Shown here piece after piece: positions 37,628-38,034 of a stretch of 38,034 nt of DNA. Origin of the DNA: a virus (Duplodnaviria > Heunggongvirae > Uroviricota > Caudoviricetes). Each line of letters opens with the position of its first letter. Within the stretch, counting starts at the first letter, position 1. The stretch is taken from IMG/VR virus record IMGVR_UViG_2534681658_000022. The stretch is one strand, 5' to 3'. The notes under the pieces are model-generated. The model was not told where the DNA came from. It ran no database searches and worked only from the letters and a program-made list of their open reading frames with translations. The translations under genes were made by a program, and so were the position numbers.

Positions 37628-38034
37628 TGCCACTGCTGGATAAGCTGCGTGAGCAGTACGGGGTCGGACCGCTATGCAGCGAACTGCATATTGCCCCGTC
37701 AACGTATTACCACTGTCAGCAACAGCGACATCATCCGGATAAACGCAGTGCCCGTGCGCAGCGCGATGACTGGCTGAAGAAAGAGATACAGCGCGTATAC
37801 GATGAAAATCACAAGGTATACGGTGTGCGTAAAGTCTGGCGTCAGTTGTTACGGGAAGGTATCAGAGTGGCCAGATGCACTGTGGCACGTCTCATGGCGG
37901 TTATGGGACTTGCCGGTGTTCTCCGGGGTAAAAAGGTCCGTACGACCATCAGCCGGAAAGCCGTTGCCGCAGGCGACCGCGTAAACCGTCAGTTCGTGGC
38001 AGAACGACCTGACCAGCTGTGGGTGGCTGATTTT
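37624..38034 (+). CDS. IS3-family transposase OrfB (IS629-type), 5' partial
   Basis: Open frame from ATG 37624 to the window end ([30 protein letters not shown]...), overlapping the orfA stop. Confidence 0.85.
   Translation, partial: MMPLLDKLREQYGVGPLCSELHIAPSTYYHCQQQRHHPDKRSARAQRDDWLKKEIQRVYDENHKVYGVRKVWRQLLREGIRVARCTVARLMAVMGLAGVLRGKKVRTTISRKAVAAGDRVNRQFVAERPDQLWVADF

Larger units (their letters stand above)
37247..38034 (+). mobile_element. IS629-like insertion sequence (IS3 family), left part; runs off the window
   Basis: Left end TGAACCGCCCCGGGAATCCTGGAGACTAAACTTCC, then orfA and the start of orfB in the -1 frame. Confidence 0.85.

Noticed and set aside
1-38034. CRISPR arrays and additional tRNA/rRNA genes
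   Set aside because: No short regularly spaced direct repeats and no rRNA-like sequence seen; the only tRNA-like structure is the 3' domain of ssrA and its 45-bp duplicated copy.

Overview
The window opens with the host smpB-ssrA (tmRNA) locus, followed by a complete P2/186-family prophage of about 35.2 kb integrated into the 3' end of ssrA. The prophage is bounded by 45-bp direct repeats at 1016-1060 and 36244-36288. Reading left to right it carries: ogr; tail and baseplate genes D-U-T-E/E'-FII-FI-G-H-I-J-W-V; S-R; the lysis cassette lysC/lysB/lysA-K-Y; X-L-M-N-O head genes; divergent terminase P and portal Q; an AT-rich accessory hotspot spanning the cos site; an SOS-controlled Tum/DinI-like module; replication gene A; a frameshifted dam; small early genes; cII, apl/cox, cI and int. 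Downstream of attR lies a second, P4-type integrase truncated by an IS629 (IS3-family) element that runs off the window. The hotspot between A and Q holds a Septu-like ATPase+HNH pair and two uncharacterised proteins (217 aa with an RNxxxH HEPN-type motif; 288 aa Cys-rich), which I rate as the best candidates for an undescribed anti-phage function. Other unexplained cargo: an opposite-strand membrane protein inside the tail operon, a membrane protein between int and attR, and a small WYL/BRCT-like protein between attL and ogr. All protein assignments rest on reading the translations and recalled family features; no database search was run.
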